Assembly (NCBI RefSeq): GCF_001194135.2
Contig: NC_068986.1
Span: 73,565,036 to 73,629,035 of the forward strand
Direction: 5' to 3'
Origin: Octopus bimaculoides
Taxonomy: Eukaryota
Length of the DNA: 64,000 nucleotides
Shown: in pieces, positions 37,461 to 50,740 of the stretch
How positions within the stretch are numbered: position 1 is the stretch's first letter
Layout of the letters: each line of letters begins with the position of its first letter
The notes under the pieces: generated by a model
The model's database searches: none
What the model saw: the letters and a program-made list of their open reading frames with translations, nothing else
What the model was told of the DNA's origin: nothing
Position numbers and translations under genes: made by a program

Positions 37461-37948
37461 TTTCACTAACAGTATGGATGACATTAAGAGCATCATATTG
37501 AAAATGGAATTTTTTTCCATATTGTATTAATAGTTTAGAGAACATTATGAGTATTTGATGACAAACAGCATTAACACCATAGTATAGTAACAATAGTGAG
37601 AAGCCAAAGAGTAGCATATAGAAATTGGAATCAATTGCATAATTTTTTAACTCTTCCATTATAAGCAGGCTTTGAATCCAGAAAACTAAACTTAAAACTA
37701 GAAGCATTACTATATGTAACTCAGCTTCTGTGTTTTTTTTTCTTTTTTTTTCTATTTTTATTATGCTATCATTTCAAATAAACTATAATTTTATTTCTAT
37801 CATGTCACATTAACTAATAATAAACACATAACATTATATCATCTAAAACATAAAATTTAATACTTTTAAATATGTTTATAATGCTATATTATATTTTTTC
37901 AAATATTCGGATTTCCAATAAACTTGTGACTCTCCACTGTCAGGCCAT

Positions 37949-37997
<49 letters not shown>

Positions 37998-38124
37998 ATG
38001 TTGTCAGTTACATTGAAGAGAGGTATTCTGTACTTTATATAATACAGTAATAGGGGTCAGATACATACAGTTGGGGTTTTAAGCAGCAAAAGTTGACATA
38101 GCCTACTTAAATATAAAAATTACA

Positions 38125-38263
38125 TAGGTGTGGCTGTGTAGTTAAGAAGTTTGCAAAGTGAGGTTTAGTCCCACTTTGGGTAAGTGTTTTTTAGTTTCAA
38201 GCTGACCAATGCCTTGTGAGTGAATTTGGTAGATGGAAACTGTATGGAAGCCTGTTATATGTA

Positions 38264-38307
<44 letters not shown>

Positions 38308-38510
38308 TTTTTGTCTGGATTTGTACCTTCAGTTTGACAGCTGGTATTGGCTTATTTATGTCCCCATAACTTAGAAGTTCAGCAAAAGAGACCAATAGAA
38401 TAAGTATTAGACTTTAAAAAATAAGTACTTAGGACAATCTGTTTGACTAAATTCCTTCAAGGCAGAGCCCCAGCACAGCTGCCATCCAAATGATTGAAAC
38501 AAGTAGAAGA
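38125..38510 (+). mobile_element. Main SINE, diverged copy
   Basis: Head, (GT)n and tail motifs present. Confidence 0.85.
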
Positions 38511-39601
38511 TAGAAGATAACAACTTATCAACTTTTCAGTTACAATAATCATATAACACCTCACAAAATTACTTTGGTGCAAACAATACTTATGATACCA
38601 CACAATGCATTAGACTCTTACAATACTCACACAGGTCACCCTATATTAGATATCACACAATACTTCCTTACAATGTATCAGATATTTTGCAAAACTGATT
38701 GTTAAATAATAAACACCAACGTCTTCACATATGGAGCATACAAAAGCTTTATATTATTTATAAAACAATAAATTCATCAACAAACATGTCTGCTCTATGT
38801 CTTATGTTCCTCTCCTGCTTCTTCTCACACCCCATGCTGGCAATTAGGAATTATTGTTTTCCTTTAAAAGATGAACGGTCTCCCTTCAGCTATTAATAAT
38901 ATCTCCCCTGTTTCTCTTTTGTCTTTATGGGTATATAGCAACTGTGGGTTTATGCTGATGTAAGGTTTTGAACTGCAAAATGAATATGTAGACTGTAACA
39001 GTTATACTAAAGATTTCTCAGGCTCTGATATAAACCCAAGATTCTTAGAGAATGATACCTTTTTTTTAATATTTATTTATTTATTTGTTGTCATGAAGAC
39101 AGCAGTTTGTAGATTCATTGAAATCCAGGAAATATTTGCAATTTCCTTTCTGCTTATCATTTCTTTCAGGATTACCATCTTTATGCAAAGTCTTTTGTCT
39201 AACATTTGTATTGCATCACAGAAGCAGGAAGTATCCATTTTACAACTTATTTTTTACTTTACTGATATTACCTTTTAACTGTAACAATTCCAATAAAAAA
39301 ATTTTTGTGAAAACATGCGTCTGCCATATAAGCCATTGTCAAAGTTATCTGCTGCTAGACTAGCTTTGACAATATTTCAAGTGCATTTAGATTACCAAGC
39401 AATGGTCATACAGTCATTGTTGTCACCAATAACCTCTTAATATGGATTGATGAGTAGTTATGGTCTGAATCAGGTTAGTTCTTATTTGAAGTTGCTGTCC
39501 CTAGCATATTCAAAGATCATGTTTTGCTTATATGACTAATTTTTAACTTCATTTCTATAGTTTGATGCCAGTTGCCCTTCTTGTCTCTAATCACTTTACA
39601 T

Positions 39602-39770
39602 AGGCGCAGGAGTGGCTGCGTGGTAAGTAGCTTGCTTACCAGCCACATGGTCCCGGTTTCAGTCCCACTGCGTGGCACCTTGGGCAAGTGTTTTCTACTA
39701 TAGCCTCGGGCCGACCAAAGCCTTGTAAGTGGATTTGGTAGACGGAAACTGAAAGAAGCCCGCTGTATAT
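39602..39770 (+). mobile_element. Main SINE head, young, truncated at the internal microsatellite
   Basis: AGGCGCAGGAGTGGCTGCGTGGTAAG..GACGGAAACTGAAAGAAGCCCG with CpGs intact. Confidence 0.92.
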
Positions 39771-39800
39771 ATTGATATGAACGCCGAAAAACAAAAATAA

Positions 39801-40363
39801 TGTTATGTCCCTCTTCCTCGATCTGTGTTTGAAACCGTGTTCTAGTTGTTCAGGACAGTGGTATTTCCTTTGTCTTGTCAATGAGCACGGTTATTTATGG
39901 CGTAGGAATGTGATCTCTGACCCTTTCCGGTCATCGAAAGCTTAAAAAGGAACTGTACGAAACTGACCCAGCTTTGGAGGGGGGGGGGGACGCAGCAATG
40001 TTGGGTACGGTATGCCAATCTTTCTGGCTGATTATCTGTCGTAAATACGGAGCGTAGATTTGGGAACCGCAGTTGGTGTAAACGCGGTCAGTGAGTGAAG
40101 AACGGCGTTCGGTGTAAAGACAGTCAGTGAGTCAGTTCAGTGACAGGGGCTGAAATGGAGTGATAGCAGCGGTCAGTGAAGAGAAGCAAGATGGAGAGAG
40201 TAGTTGGTGATAAAGACTAACAAATAGAGACTGAGAGAGAGAGGCTATTGACAGAAGGTACCGATCATCAAAATGGATAGCGCCAGTGACTGAGAGGGTA
40301 TAGCCCGTAAGAGAGGCCGATAGGGACTGAGGCAGTCTGAGAGAGAGACAGAGAGATGGAACA
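39801..40363. mobile_element. CpG-rich segment, possible LTR-like or other young repeat
   Basis: About 23 CpGs in 563 bp by hand count against a CpG-poor background; begins TGT and ends ACA; no TSD match. Confidence 0.35.
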
Positions 40364-40624
40364 GTTGAGTAACATTGGGTTAGAGTGTTGGAATCACAAT
40401 TGTAAGATTGTAGGTTCCATTCCTGGACTGGGCGATGCATTGTATTCTTGAGCAAAACAATTCATTTCATGCTGCTCTAGTCCCCTCAGCTGGTAAAAAT
40501 GAATAATCCTGTAACAGACTGGCATCCCATCCAGGAAGAAATATATACGTCAGGGAAACCAGGAAAATGGCCATGTGCTCCTTACATAGCAATGTGGACT
40601 AACCACTGGGTATATTTCATCATG

Positions 40625-41005
40625 GTGGAGGCGCAATGGCCCAGTGGTTAGGGCAGTGGACTCGCGGTCATAGGATCACGGTTTTGATACCCAGACTGGG
40701 CATTGTGAGTGTTTATTGAGCGAAAACACCTAAAGCTCCACAAGGCTCCGGCAGGAGATGGTGGCGAACCCTGCTGTACTCTTTCACCACAACTCTCTCT
40801 CACTCTTACTTCCTGTTTCTGTTGTGCCTGTAATTCAAAGGGTCAGCCTTGTCAAACTGTGTCACGCTGAATATCCCCGAGAACTATGTTAAGGGTACAC
40901 ATGTCTGTGGAGTGCTCTGCCACTTGCACGTTAATTTCACGAGCAGGCTGTTCCGTTGATTGGATCAACTGGAACCCTCAATGTCGTAAGTGACGGAGTG
41001 CCAAC
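40625..41005 (+). mobile_element. Third SINE family, full length
   Basis: Highly similar to 48044-48423. Confidence 0.93.
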
Positions 41006-42532
41006 AAAACACAGTTTTATCATGGTACCAGCATTAGTAAGGCTGCATAGTATCTTGTAAGATGAGTCCTTGTTGTTCTACAAGGTGTTTTGTCACTTGA
41101 GGCAAATGATCAAGATGGTGGCTAGAAGAGTGAACATGGTAAGCGAAGAACCATAACCTGATGAGTAGTTGAAGGAAGCAAGAGCATCATGATAGAGGCA
41201 GAATAATGGAAGTGAGAGGATGGTAGAAAGGGAGAGTGATGGATAGAAATAGAAATGGATAGTGATCAGAATAAGTGATGTCTGTGTATGTGTGGAGAGA
41301 AAGACAGAAGCTCATGTGTGTTTGAATGTGTGTGTGTCTGTGTGTGTGTGACAATCCAATGTGGTGCTTATGCATGAGAAATAAATAGAAATTTTAGAGC
41401 TCAATTTATAACGTTGTTAAGCATGTGCACACACACACACACACATGTACATGCATATACACACACTTGCACATGCATACACACAGACACACACACATGC
41501 ACATTCACAATGACCCTCACTCCCATATCATGAAATAATATTGTACTTTACCTTATGATCCTAAACAATTCTTTATTGCATCACATCAGATAATTTTATG
41601 ATATATCTATAGTATTCCTTAGTTGAACCTGTTTAAATAAGGGACGTGATCTGAGATCAGAGACCAAAACAACTGCATTATAGTAGAGTCATATTAGCTA
41701 TTATAAGCACACATGCACTATTATTAGTTTGCAGTATTACATAATATTTATTATCAAAGTCTTTCATTGAGTCCCTATGACCTTGTTACTGACACTAGTA
41801 AAATAGAGTACCACTAACCATGCCATAAATATACATAGAAATACATTGGTATGAAATAAAATAAATATAATAGTGTGTGTGTGTATGTGTGTATGTGTGT
41901 GTTTAATGGTTAATATGACTCTATGATGATGCAATTGTCATCATTACGGTGGTTTTATGGCATACTTTATAACACAGATATATTGAGAAGATCAAAGACG
42001 ATTTGAATGTCTGACCGACATAGTTTCCCTTGAATTATTGTCTGCACCAAATAGAGCTATTGAGTCTCATTAGCTGTTTGTTTTAAGTATTCTGTCAAAG
42101 ACTCAGATATTATAATGTGCCAACATTAATATTGTGAAACTAAAGACTATAAATTCTATCCTTTTGATTTCAATTTCGATTTCCTTTGTTTTGGAATAAA
42201 AGAAAAAAAGAAAAAAGTGAGAAGAGAGAGAGAGAGTTGGGATGAGGAACAAAATTGTTGAAACTCTGACTTGAGTTGTTAATAGCCACAATGGTGAAAC
42301 ATTGTTGTAAAGACAGAGAAGGAACAAATTGCTAACATCTTAAAATCACCAAAAATAAACTGAGAGGTAGAGCCTCCTCTGCATAGTTATATGATCTATA
42401 AAAAATAACTGCTAAATTTCCTTGAAATCACACACTGCTGTTTAAAATAGAAGGATACATTAGAGAATGTAGTAGCAGTAGTAATAACATCACCATCAAG
42501 ATCACCAATAATATCATCATCTTCATCTATAT

Positions 42533-42803
42533 CAGTGGTTCTCAATCGGAGTCCCTCTGAGCCTTGCAAGGAAGGGGTCCATATTAGGTTTTGCTGTTAA
42601 AATTATTCTGCAATAAATTGGTTACACCTCTACAAGACATAGGTGTGGCTGTGTGGTAAGAAGTTTGTTTCCCAACCACGTGGTTCTGAGTTCAGTCCCA
42701 TGGTGTGGCACTTTGGGCAAGTGTCTTCTACTGTAGCCTCAGGTTGACCAAAGCCTTGTGAGTGGATTTGGTAGATGGAAACTGAAAGAAGCCTGATGTG
42801 TGC

Positions 42804-42856
<53 letters not shown>

Positions 42857-43580
42857 TACCTGTGTGTGTGTGTGTGTCTTTGTTTGTCCCGCCAACACTG
42901 CTTGACAACTGGTGTTGGGTGTGTTTACATCCCTGTAACTAAGTGCTTCAGCAAAAGTGACTGATGGAATAAGTACTAAGCTTTAAAAATAGAAAATAAA
43001 AGTCCTGGGGTCAATTTGTTTGGCTAAAACACCTTCAGGTTGGTGCTCCAGTATGGTCGAACTCAAATAACAAAAACAAGTAAAAGATAAAGGATAAATA
43101 CACAATATATTTTAATATTTTTTTTTGTATGCAATTCCAGTGTCGCCTTCCTGGCATGTGAAAAGACATTCGAGCGAGGTCATTGCCAGTGCCACTGGAC
43201 TGGCTCCTGTGCAGGTGGCATGTAAAATACACCATTTTGAGCGTGGGCGTTGCCAGTACCACCTGACTGGCCTTCATGCCGGTGGCATGTAAAAGCAACC
43301 ACTAAACTCTCGGAGTGGTTGGCGTTAGAAAGGGCATCCAGCTGTAGAAACTCTGCCAAATCAGATTGGAGCCTGGTGTAGCCATCTGGTTCACCAGTCC
43401 TCAGTGAAATCGTCCAACCCATGCTAGCATGGAAAGCGGACGTTAAACAATGATGATGATGAGGATTTAATTATAAAAAAATTTAATGGTATTTTTTTAA
43501 ACATCAAATGGCAAGAAGGGTTCATCTGAGTAGAATAGGAATCAAAGGAATCCATAGTAAAAAATGGTTGAGAAACCCTG
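42533..43580. mobile_element. hAT/Charlie-like MITE carrying nested SINE (42640-43090 +) and RTE tail (43137-43462 +)
   Basis: Termini CAGTGGTTCTCAA (42533) and GGTTGAGAAACCCTG (ends 43580); 8-bp flanks do not match. Confidence 0.55.
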
Positions 43581-44781
43581 AGACAGGAAGGTCATACCTG
43601 TAATGCCATTGATCATTTATCTTCTCCATTTGGACCAACTCGGGGCTAAATAACAGCAACAAAAATACTTAAAGGCTTTTTTAATGTTTTGTTATTAACT
43701 TTATTGTAAATACCAAAATCTAATATGAAATATATAGTTACTGTTTTTTTTTTTAGTGAGACCGTCATAAAATCGTGACTGGACAGTCATATTTAATCTA
43801 TTTGTAAACTTCTTCGCAAACATAGAGGTACTCTGAATGCAATAAATACTGTTCATGATGTTTTGTAATGGCATCTAAGTTTGCTATAATATATTGAAAT
43901 GCCACTGGCAAATGATATATACTAAATTATAGTATATATTTTATTGCCTAAAGTAGATAACGGATATGATAAAAATCTCATCAGGAAAGATCAGGATTTT
44001 CATTTTGCTTCAATAAATTAAAAGTTTGCGGTTGAGTTTGGAAAATATATTCTGTTAGCTATTCCTCACTACTATTTATGAGAGAAATAATATTCTTCTT
44101 GGATTGATTAAGCTACAATGCTATCATCATTTCAATGTGTTCTGATTGTGATGTGCAACCATTTTTACCTATATTTGTCTTATATGTAATTTATATTTTG
44201 AAGAAATAAATTGAAATTCTAATAAAATCTATGAAATATTCATTAAAGCGATGCAAATAGCATCGGATATTACTTTAGATAGTTCTTTGAAAGATTCCAA
44301 GCTCTTTAAAAGTTGCCGAAAGAATTACTCAGTTGGCGTTAAAGGGTTTAGAACATAACTTTCCAATGCAGAATCGAAAAGCCTCATTGACTAAGTGACA
44401 GAGGTGTATTTGAGAGAGGGGGAGGTCGTTTTATGCTAGGTGTTGGGGGAGGCTAGAGTATGATAGAGGGACAGGCACAGGTGTTTTGTTATGGAAGCAA
44501 TACAAAGCTACCCCACATTATATCAAGGCGGATGGGAGTAGCTGGAAAGAAGGTAGAGGTGGTGGTGACAAGATGCTAGAGTGTCTCAGTATACAAGAAA
44601 ATGAGTATAAAAGAAATGCAGGCAGTGGATTGGATAGTTGAAGGTAATTTCATAAGAATATTAGAGGAGTATATCAGATGGCAAAAGATAGGGGTAGAGG
44701 TGAACATAGTGAGTGATGAACAAGGAAAGAGGTGTGGTTGTCGGGAACTATCAACATGGAAAAGAGTATGTGTGTATGTGT

Positions 44782-44831
<50 letters not shown>

Positions 44832-46442
44832 AGGGTGCGATGGGTAAATTGTTGCCCATTTTATATTTTTAATTTTGTGCAAGGGCATTTGATTGTTTTT
44901 GATTTTGTCGATTACACAGTATAGTAGGGTTGGTTGGGCACTGTCTGTGAGAAAAACAACACAATGGGGCAATTCACTCTGCCAGGAATTTGGAAACGAC
45001 ATGCTGTACTGCATTTGATGTTTTTTGTTTATGTTCCATAAATTATAGAGTTTGATAAGGTAAGTATAAGACTTAAAGAATATGTACTGAGTTTGATATG
45101 AGCAACTAAAACCTTTCAGGATGGTACTCTAGCATGCTCACATTCAAGTACCTGAAACTTGTCAAAGAATATATGAATTTAATTTTAATGAAGATAGTAA
45201 TGACTTATTAATCAGTCTGTTTCATTACTGCATTACAGAAGGAAATAAATTTATGAAATGATATCTCCATCGATTATTTCCTTGTTTGGTTATTTGAAAC
45301 TTGTGATGCCCCATTTAGAATTCTGTATCACCAGGTAATGTAACCATTAGCTAATCAACAGTAAATGTGGTATAGCACAATTCCATGGAGTTTCTTGTAG
45401 CAATGATAGTAAACTGAATAAACCATGGAACTAGGAACCAACTGGTCAATTCCCTGGAGTTTTTCTAACTGAAGAAGTTTTTATATTATTATGTGGTGGT
45501 GGTGTTGGTGTTGGTGGTGGTGGCAATGATGGAATGAAGTAATATCTAAAGTGCTGCTTCTCACCAATTCTGTCAACTCTACTAGATATTTGTCATGCTG
45601 TAAACATTAAAAACAGTAAATTGTTCAACATTTATTCAACTACAGCTTCCTCCTCCTCCTCCTCCCTTTCTCTGTCTCTCTGTCTGTGTCTCCCTCACCC
45701 ACACCTTCATATTCCCATTATTGTTTCACATTTAATATTTACACATTATTCCCTATCACTATAAAAGACACACCACACACACACACCCACATACACAAAT
45801 ATACTTACACATGCATGTACCGAAGCATATGCACTAAGTGCTAGTACAACCCTCTCTCCTGCCAGTTGTCACATCCTTGATGTTTAGCTGGGTCAACATG
45901 AGAGGGCCAAGAGGGTGATTGTGTCTCCTGTCAACTACTTAGGCACCTAAAATAATAAATAAAAGTATGATACATGCTACCAAATCATACTTGCATATGA
46001 ATGATGGTTAAGTTTTTAACTCTTCTTGTAATTGTTATTTGAGCAGATAAAGGTGGTGGGCTACCAGAATCATTAGAGTGTTGGAAAAAATGTTGAGCTG
46101 TATTTCTTCTGATCTATTAGGCTCTCAGTTCAAATACTGCCAAGGTTAACTTTACCTTTCATTCTTTCACTGTTGATAAAATAAGTACCAGCCAAAGCCT
46201 AGAGTTGAAGTAACCAACTTGCTTGCACCCTTCAGAATTGCTGGTCTTGTGTCGAAATTTAAAAGTATTATTTGGGCAGGTAGAAACTGTCATGGGCTAT
46301 TGGGGGTAAATGTCTAAAAGTAACTTTGTCTTGTTATGTTATGAGTTCGAATTTCATTAGAACCTGGATTGTTTTTTAGCCCTCCATGGTCTATGAAATA
46401 AGTGTCATAAATTGTGGTTGACTGAACTGACTATACTCTTTA

Positions 46443-46855
46443 ACTCTTTTACTCTTTTACTTGTTTCAGTCATTTGACTGCAGCCATGCTGGAGCACTGC
46501 CTTTATAGTCGAGCAAATCGACCTCAGAGCTTTATCTTTGTAAGCCTAGTACTTTTTCTATCGGTCTCTTTTGCTGAACTGCTAAGTTACGGGGACGTAA
46601 ATACACCAGCATCGGTTGTCAAGCAATGCTGGGGGGTGGGGACAAACAGACACACAAACACACACATGCATATCTGTATATATACATATACGACGGGCTT
46701 CTTCCAGTTTCCGTCTACCAAATCCACTCACAAGGCTTTGGTCGGCCCGAGGCTATAGTAGAAGATACTTGCCCAAGGTGCCACGCAGTGGGACTGAACC
46801 TGGGACCATGTGGTTGGTAAGCAAGCTATTTACCACACAGCCACTCCTGCACCTA
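46443..46855 (-). mobile_element. Main SINE, full length, young
   Basis: Complete reverse complement of the consensus, CpGs retained. Confidence 0.95.
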
Positions 46856-47808
46856 ACTCACTGTCTTTAATAATATCTTACCATATTGCCAATATATAAA
46901 ATCATTATTATTGAAGATCTGCCATCTTTAAAAAGATATACTTTGAATGTAACTGGTTGGATGTGATATGTGAAATTGAGAAGTTGTGCAGCAGAAAACT
47001 ATGTGATGTATTGAGCATAATGTTGTCTGCATTTCATTATTTGTCGGTACCATATATGATGCCAGTGGATGATGAAACACTCTTGTGGAATGCCTCTTAG
47101 CATTTGGCCCAGTATGCAAATGATTCTGTCAGCTTACCGCCTTATGATATATTGGTTTAAAATTTTGGTGCAAGGCTGGCAATTTTGTGGGGAGGGGGTA
47201 AGTTAATTACATTGACCTCAGTGTTTAACTGGTACTTATTTTACTGACCCCAAAAGGAGGAAAGGCAAAGTTGATCATGGTGGGAATTTTACTCAGAAGT
47301 TGAAAACAGATAAAATGTTATTAAGCATTTTGCCCAGTGTACTGAAGATTCTGCTATCTTACTGCCATCAAGAGAAGAAATTTTAAAGTGAATTAGCAAG
47401 GCAGAAGTATTGAACTGAAGTGAGAAAACTTTCATTTAGTATTTTATTTTTATGATTTTTGTATATTAGGAAAAAAGAATCTTTGAGAACAATTTTTTTA
47501 AGCATTTGTGTTATAGTATATAATTATCACATAGTGCTATAGGAGTATTGGATGAGGGCTAGCTAAGATTAAACAACAGAAACTACCATATAGTGCAGTG
47601 GTTCTCAACCAGGGTTCATATGGTGCCTGAGAGTCCATATGTGAATTTTGGGGGTTCATGCAACAAAAATAGTAAACTGGGGATCTACAACAGTATTTTA
47701 AGGGCCTGTGAAAAAATGTTGTTTTAGATGAATGTATTTCTAGGTATTGCAAGAAACAGCTAGGTTCCTTTCTTCAACATTTTACATAGTTCAACCTACA
47801 TAAGTTAA

Positions 47809-48029
47809 CCCTTTTGATACCAACCCACCTGAAACTGCCTCTGGATCTGTAGTACAAATGTGTCTTCAAAAGTTCTGAATTAAAATCTTCCACCAAACTT
47901 TATAGTTACAATTTATGTTCCTAACACTAGCTTAATGACAACTAAGTTATTTTACTAAATTCTTTGTTGTATTCAAAATTAATTCAAAGAAGCAGAAAGT
48001 ATCTCAACAGAAATATGGTAAGGAAAGGG
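47809..48029. mobile_element. piggyBac-like MITE
   Basis: TTAA|CCCTTTTGATACC ... GGTAAGGAAAGGG|CTAA (TIR 10/13). Related sequence on the opposite strand near 5520-5600. Confidence 0.55.
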
Positions 48030-48043
48030 CTAATGTGTGAAAA

Positions 48044-48423
48044 GTGGAGGCGCAATGGCCCAGTGGTTAGGGCAGCAAACTCGCGGTCATAGGATCGCGG
48101 TTTCGATTCCCAGACCGTGCGTTGTGAGTGTTTATTGAGCGAAAACACCTAAATCTCCACGAGGCTCCGGCAGGGGATGGTGGCGAACCCTGCTGTACTC
48201 TTCCACCACAACTTTCTCTCACTCTTACTTCCTGTTTCTGTTGTGCCTGTAATTCAAAGGGTCAACCTTGTCACACTGTGTCACGCTGAATATCCCCGAG
48301 AACTACATTAAGGGTACACGTGTCTGTGGAGTGCTCAGCCACTTGCACATTAATTTCATGAGCAGGCTGTTCCGTTGATCGGATCAACTGGAACCCTCGA
48401 TGTTGTAAGCAACGGAGTGCCAA
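48044..48423 (+). mobile_element. Third SINE family, full length, with target-site duplication
   Basis: A box TGGCCCAGTGG, B box GGTTTCGATTCC; direct repeat AATGTGTGAAAA at 48032-48043 and 48422-48433. Confidence 0.95.
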
Positions 48424-50740
48424 TGTGTGAAAAACAAAATAGGAATTTTGAAGGAAGTTTCTATAAAACTACTTTCCAAATATAAAATAATTATGGGGGT
48501 CCACCAGAATAAAATATTAACCAAAGGGGTACATAGATTAAAAAATGGTTGGATTAGGGCTGACATATTGCTAAGCAACAAAAAAAAACAACACCAGTCA
48601 ACATGTAGTGCTATAAGTTTGCTCGATCAGAGCTGGCCTCAGCTTAAATAATATTATATTTGATCACTAATGACCAAATTGAAATAGTTAAAGGATTTGA
48701 AATACTGTAATTTGACTAATTTATATATTGTACATTTTGAATTCCTTAAAGAAAATAAGTTAAAATTAAATATTTTTTTTTGAAATCATGTGGAACCAGA
48801 GAAATATTTTATATACATTCTTTGGCCTTCTTTTTTTTTGTTTTTTTTGGGAGTATAATGGTAAATAGAAATGAGAAATGTCTTGCACATAATCCAAAAA
48901 TAGTTTTCAGAAGTCGTGATTGTTTTCAAACAACTAAATTGAGTTTATTGGCACCATATGCTTTTATGGCCATGGAAAAAAGAGATATTGTGCATGTCCA
49001 ACATCATAGTGAATAAAAAGTCATAAAGAGCTAATTATCTCAAAATTAACATAATCTTAGGTATTGCATGCTGGGAATTGTCTCCCATGTGACTTCTCTG
49101 CATTGAAAATTTCCTTTCACTTAATCTTTTGAAAGAAACCAAACAGAGGCTTGACACAATATGTTCCATAAAAAATGGCACATAATGAGAAAAACAAAAA
49201 TTAATGTTTTCCATCATGGAAACCATATATTTTGGGATTTTCAAACATTTTGTTTCTAAACAGGATAAATCACATTTCAACTGAATAGTCATAATTTATG
49301 AACTGTAGAATGCTTCAGTTTTTTTTTATCCCATAAAAGCATCATGTGAAAAGAATGACCTTATATTCCTCTTGAAAAAAATAAAAATCCTTTAAAGACC
49401 CTTTGTGATGTCTTTTCTGTTGTCTTTTCCTTATGCTATTACAGTTTTAGGAAATTTAAATCAAGTTTTATTATAAACAGTTATTGTTATATTGTACTAT
49501 CATCATCTTCATCCTTTTTTCCATGGGCCAAATGGATTTTCTAGGGCTGGATGTTCTTCCAGTTGCCAACCTTTACAAGTACATCATATGTGTCACTGGC
49601 ACAGGTTCATTTTACGTGGCACTGGCACAAGTGTATTTTATGTAGCACTAGCACAAGTGCATCATATGTTTCCAGACAAGGCAATATTTCTTCATGGCAA
49701 GACATTTGTTTCCACAGAAGACTGGAAATGAATAACATTGCTTGTATAACAGTGATGCTTGTTTACAATTGTCATGTGATGTTACCCACACACACACACA
49801 CATTCACACACACATGCACACATATACGACAAGCTTCTTTCAGTTTCTGTCTACCAAATCCACTCACAAGAGTTTGGTCAGACCATGTCTATTGTAGAAA
49901 ACTCTTGCTGAAGCCGCTGTACTGTGTATCTGAACCTAAGACCTCAGGGTCCACAAGCAAGCTTCTGAACCACATGGTCAAATTGCTGGCCTTGTGCCAA
50001 AATCTGAAATCAATTTATTATCATCGACTGTTAGTATGCTGTGCAAAATGCTTAGTGGCATTTCATCTGTCTTTATTCTCTAAGTTCAAATTTCGTTGAG
50101 GTTGACTTTGCTTTTCATCTTTGTGGGGTCAATAAAATAAGTACCAGTTGAGCACTGGGGTCGATGTAATTGACTTACCCACTTCTCCAAAATTGCTGGC
50201 CTTGTGTCAAAATGTGAAATGAATATTTTGTTATTGATCTGTTTTTATCAACCTTTTGATAGGTTCTCTATAGTTGATACCAACTTTACGATAAGAATCA
50301 ATTCTTTGCTCGTACATGTTTTTTTATTATTCTTACTATTACTGCCACATTGGTAAAAATCAATTCCCCTTCTATCGATTGCCTCAATTTCTATCAATCT
50401 TGATCACATGACAAAAATGAAAAATCTATAAATAAGTAAAAGAAAAAATACCCACCCCACTTGTTCGCACAACCCTCACCTGCTTAATTCTTTCCCTTTG
50501 TGTTTTGTTATCTGTTAATATCTCAGAAATGTTCCTTCAGTTGTAAAGTCAGATTTGTATTTCTTAGAATTAGCTTGATCGTTTCTTTTAAAAGTAACAT
50601 CTATTTGTGGGACCAACTATTACTAGCTAAAGAAATGGTAAAAAGAAAGGGTAAAACAGTTGTGAATTACTTCCACCAGATGAGCAATTGCAAAGTCTTG
50701 CCAGTCATGCCACAATACAAGCAGTCGTGAATTAGTGTCA

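Larger units (their letters stand above)
47596..48562. mobile_element. hAT/Charlie-like MITE with nested insertions
   Basis: Left CAGTGGTTCTCAACC; degenerate right end GGTTGGATTAGGGCTG; 8-bp flanks ATATAGTG and ACATATTG (6/8). Confidence 0.5.

Noticed and set aside
39140-39235. Strong acceptor TTTCCTTTCTGCTTATCATTTCTTTCAG at 39168 followed by MQSLLSNICIASQKQE
   Set aside because: No good donor and no similarity to the expected PLEKHH continuation.
43740-44350. Possible piggyBac-like end (GGCGTTAAAGGGTTTA at ~44335-44350)
   Set aside because: No matching left end found.
45020-45066. Apparent 11-nt microexon TATAG|AGTTTGATAAG|GTAAGT
   Set aside because: Overlaps a decayed SINE tail (consensus GATAGAATAAGTACT..); a chance donor.
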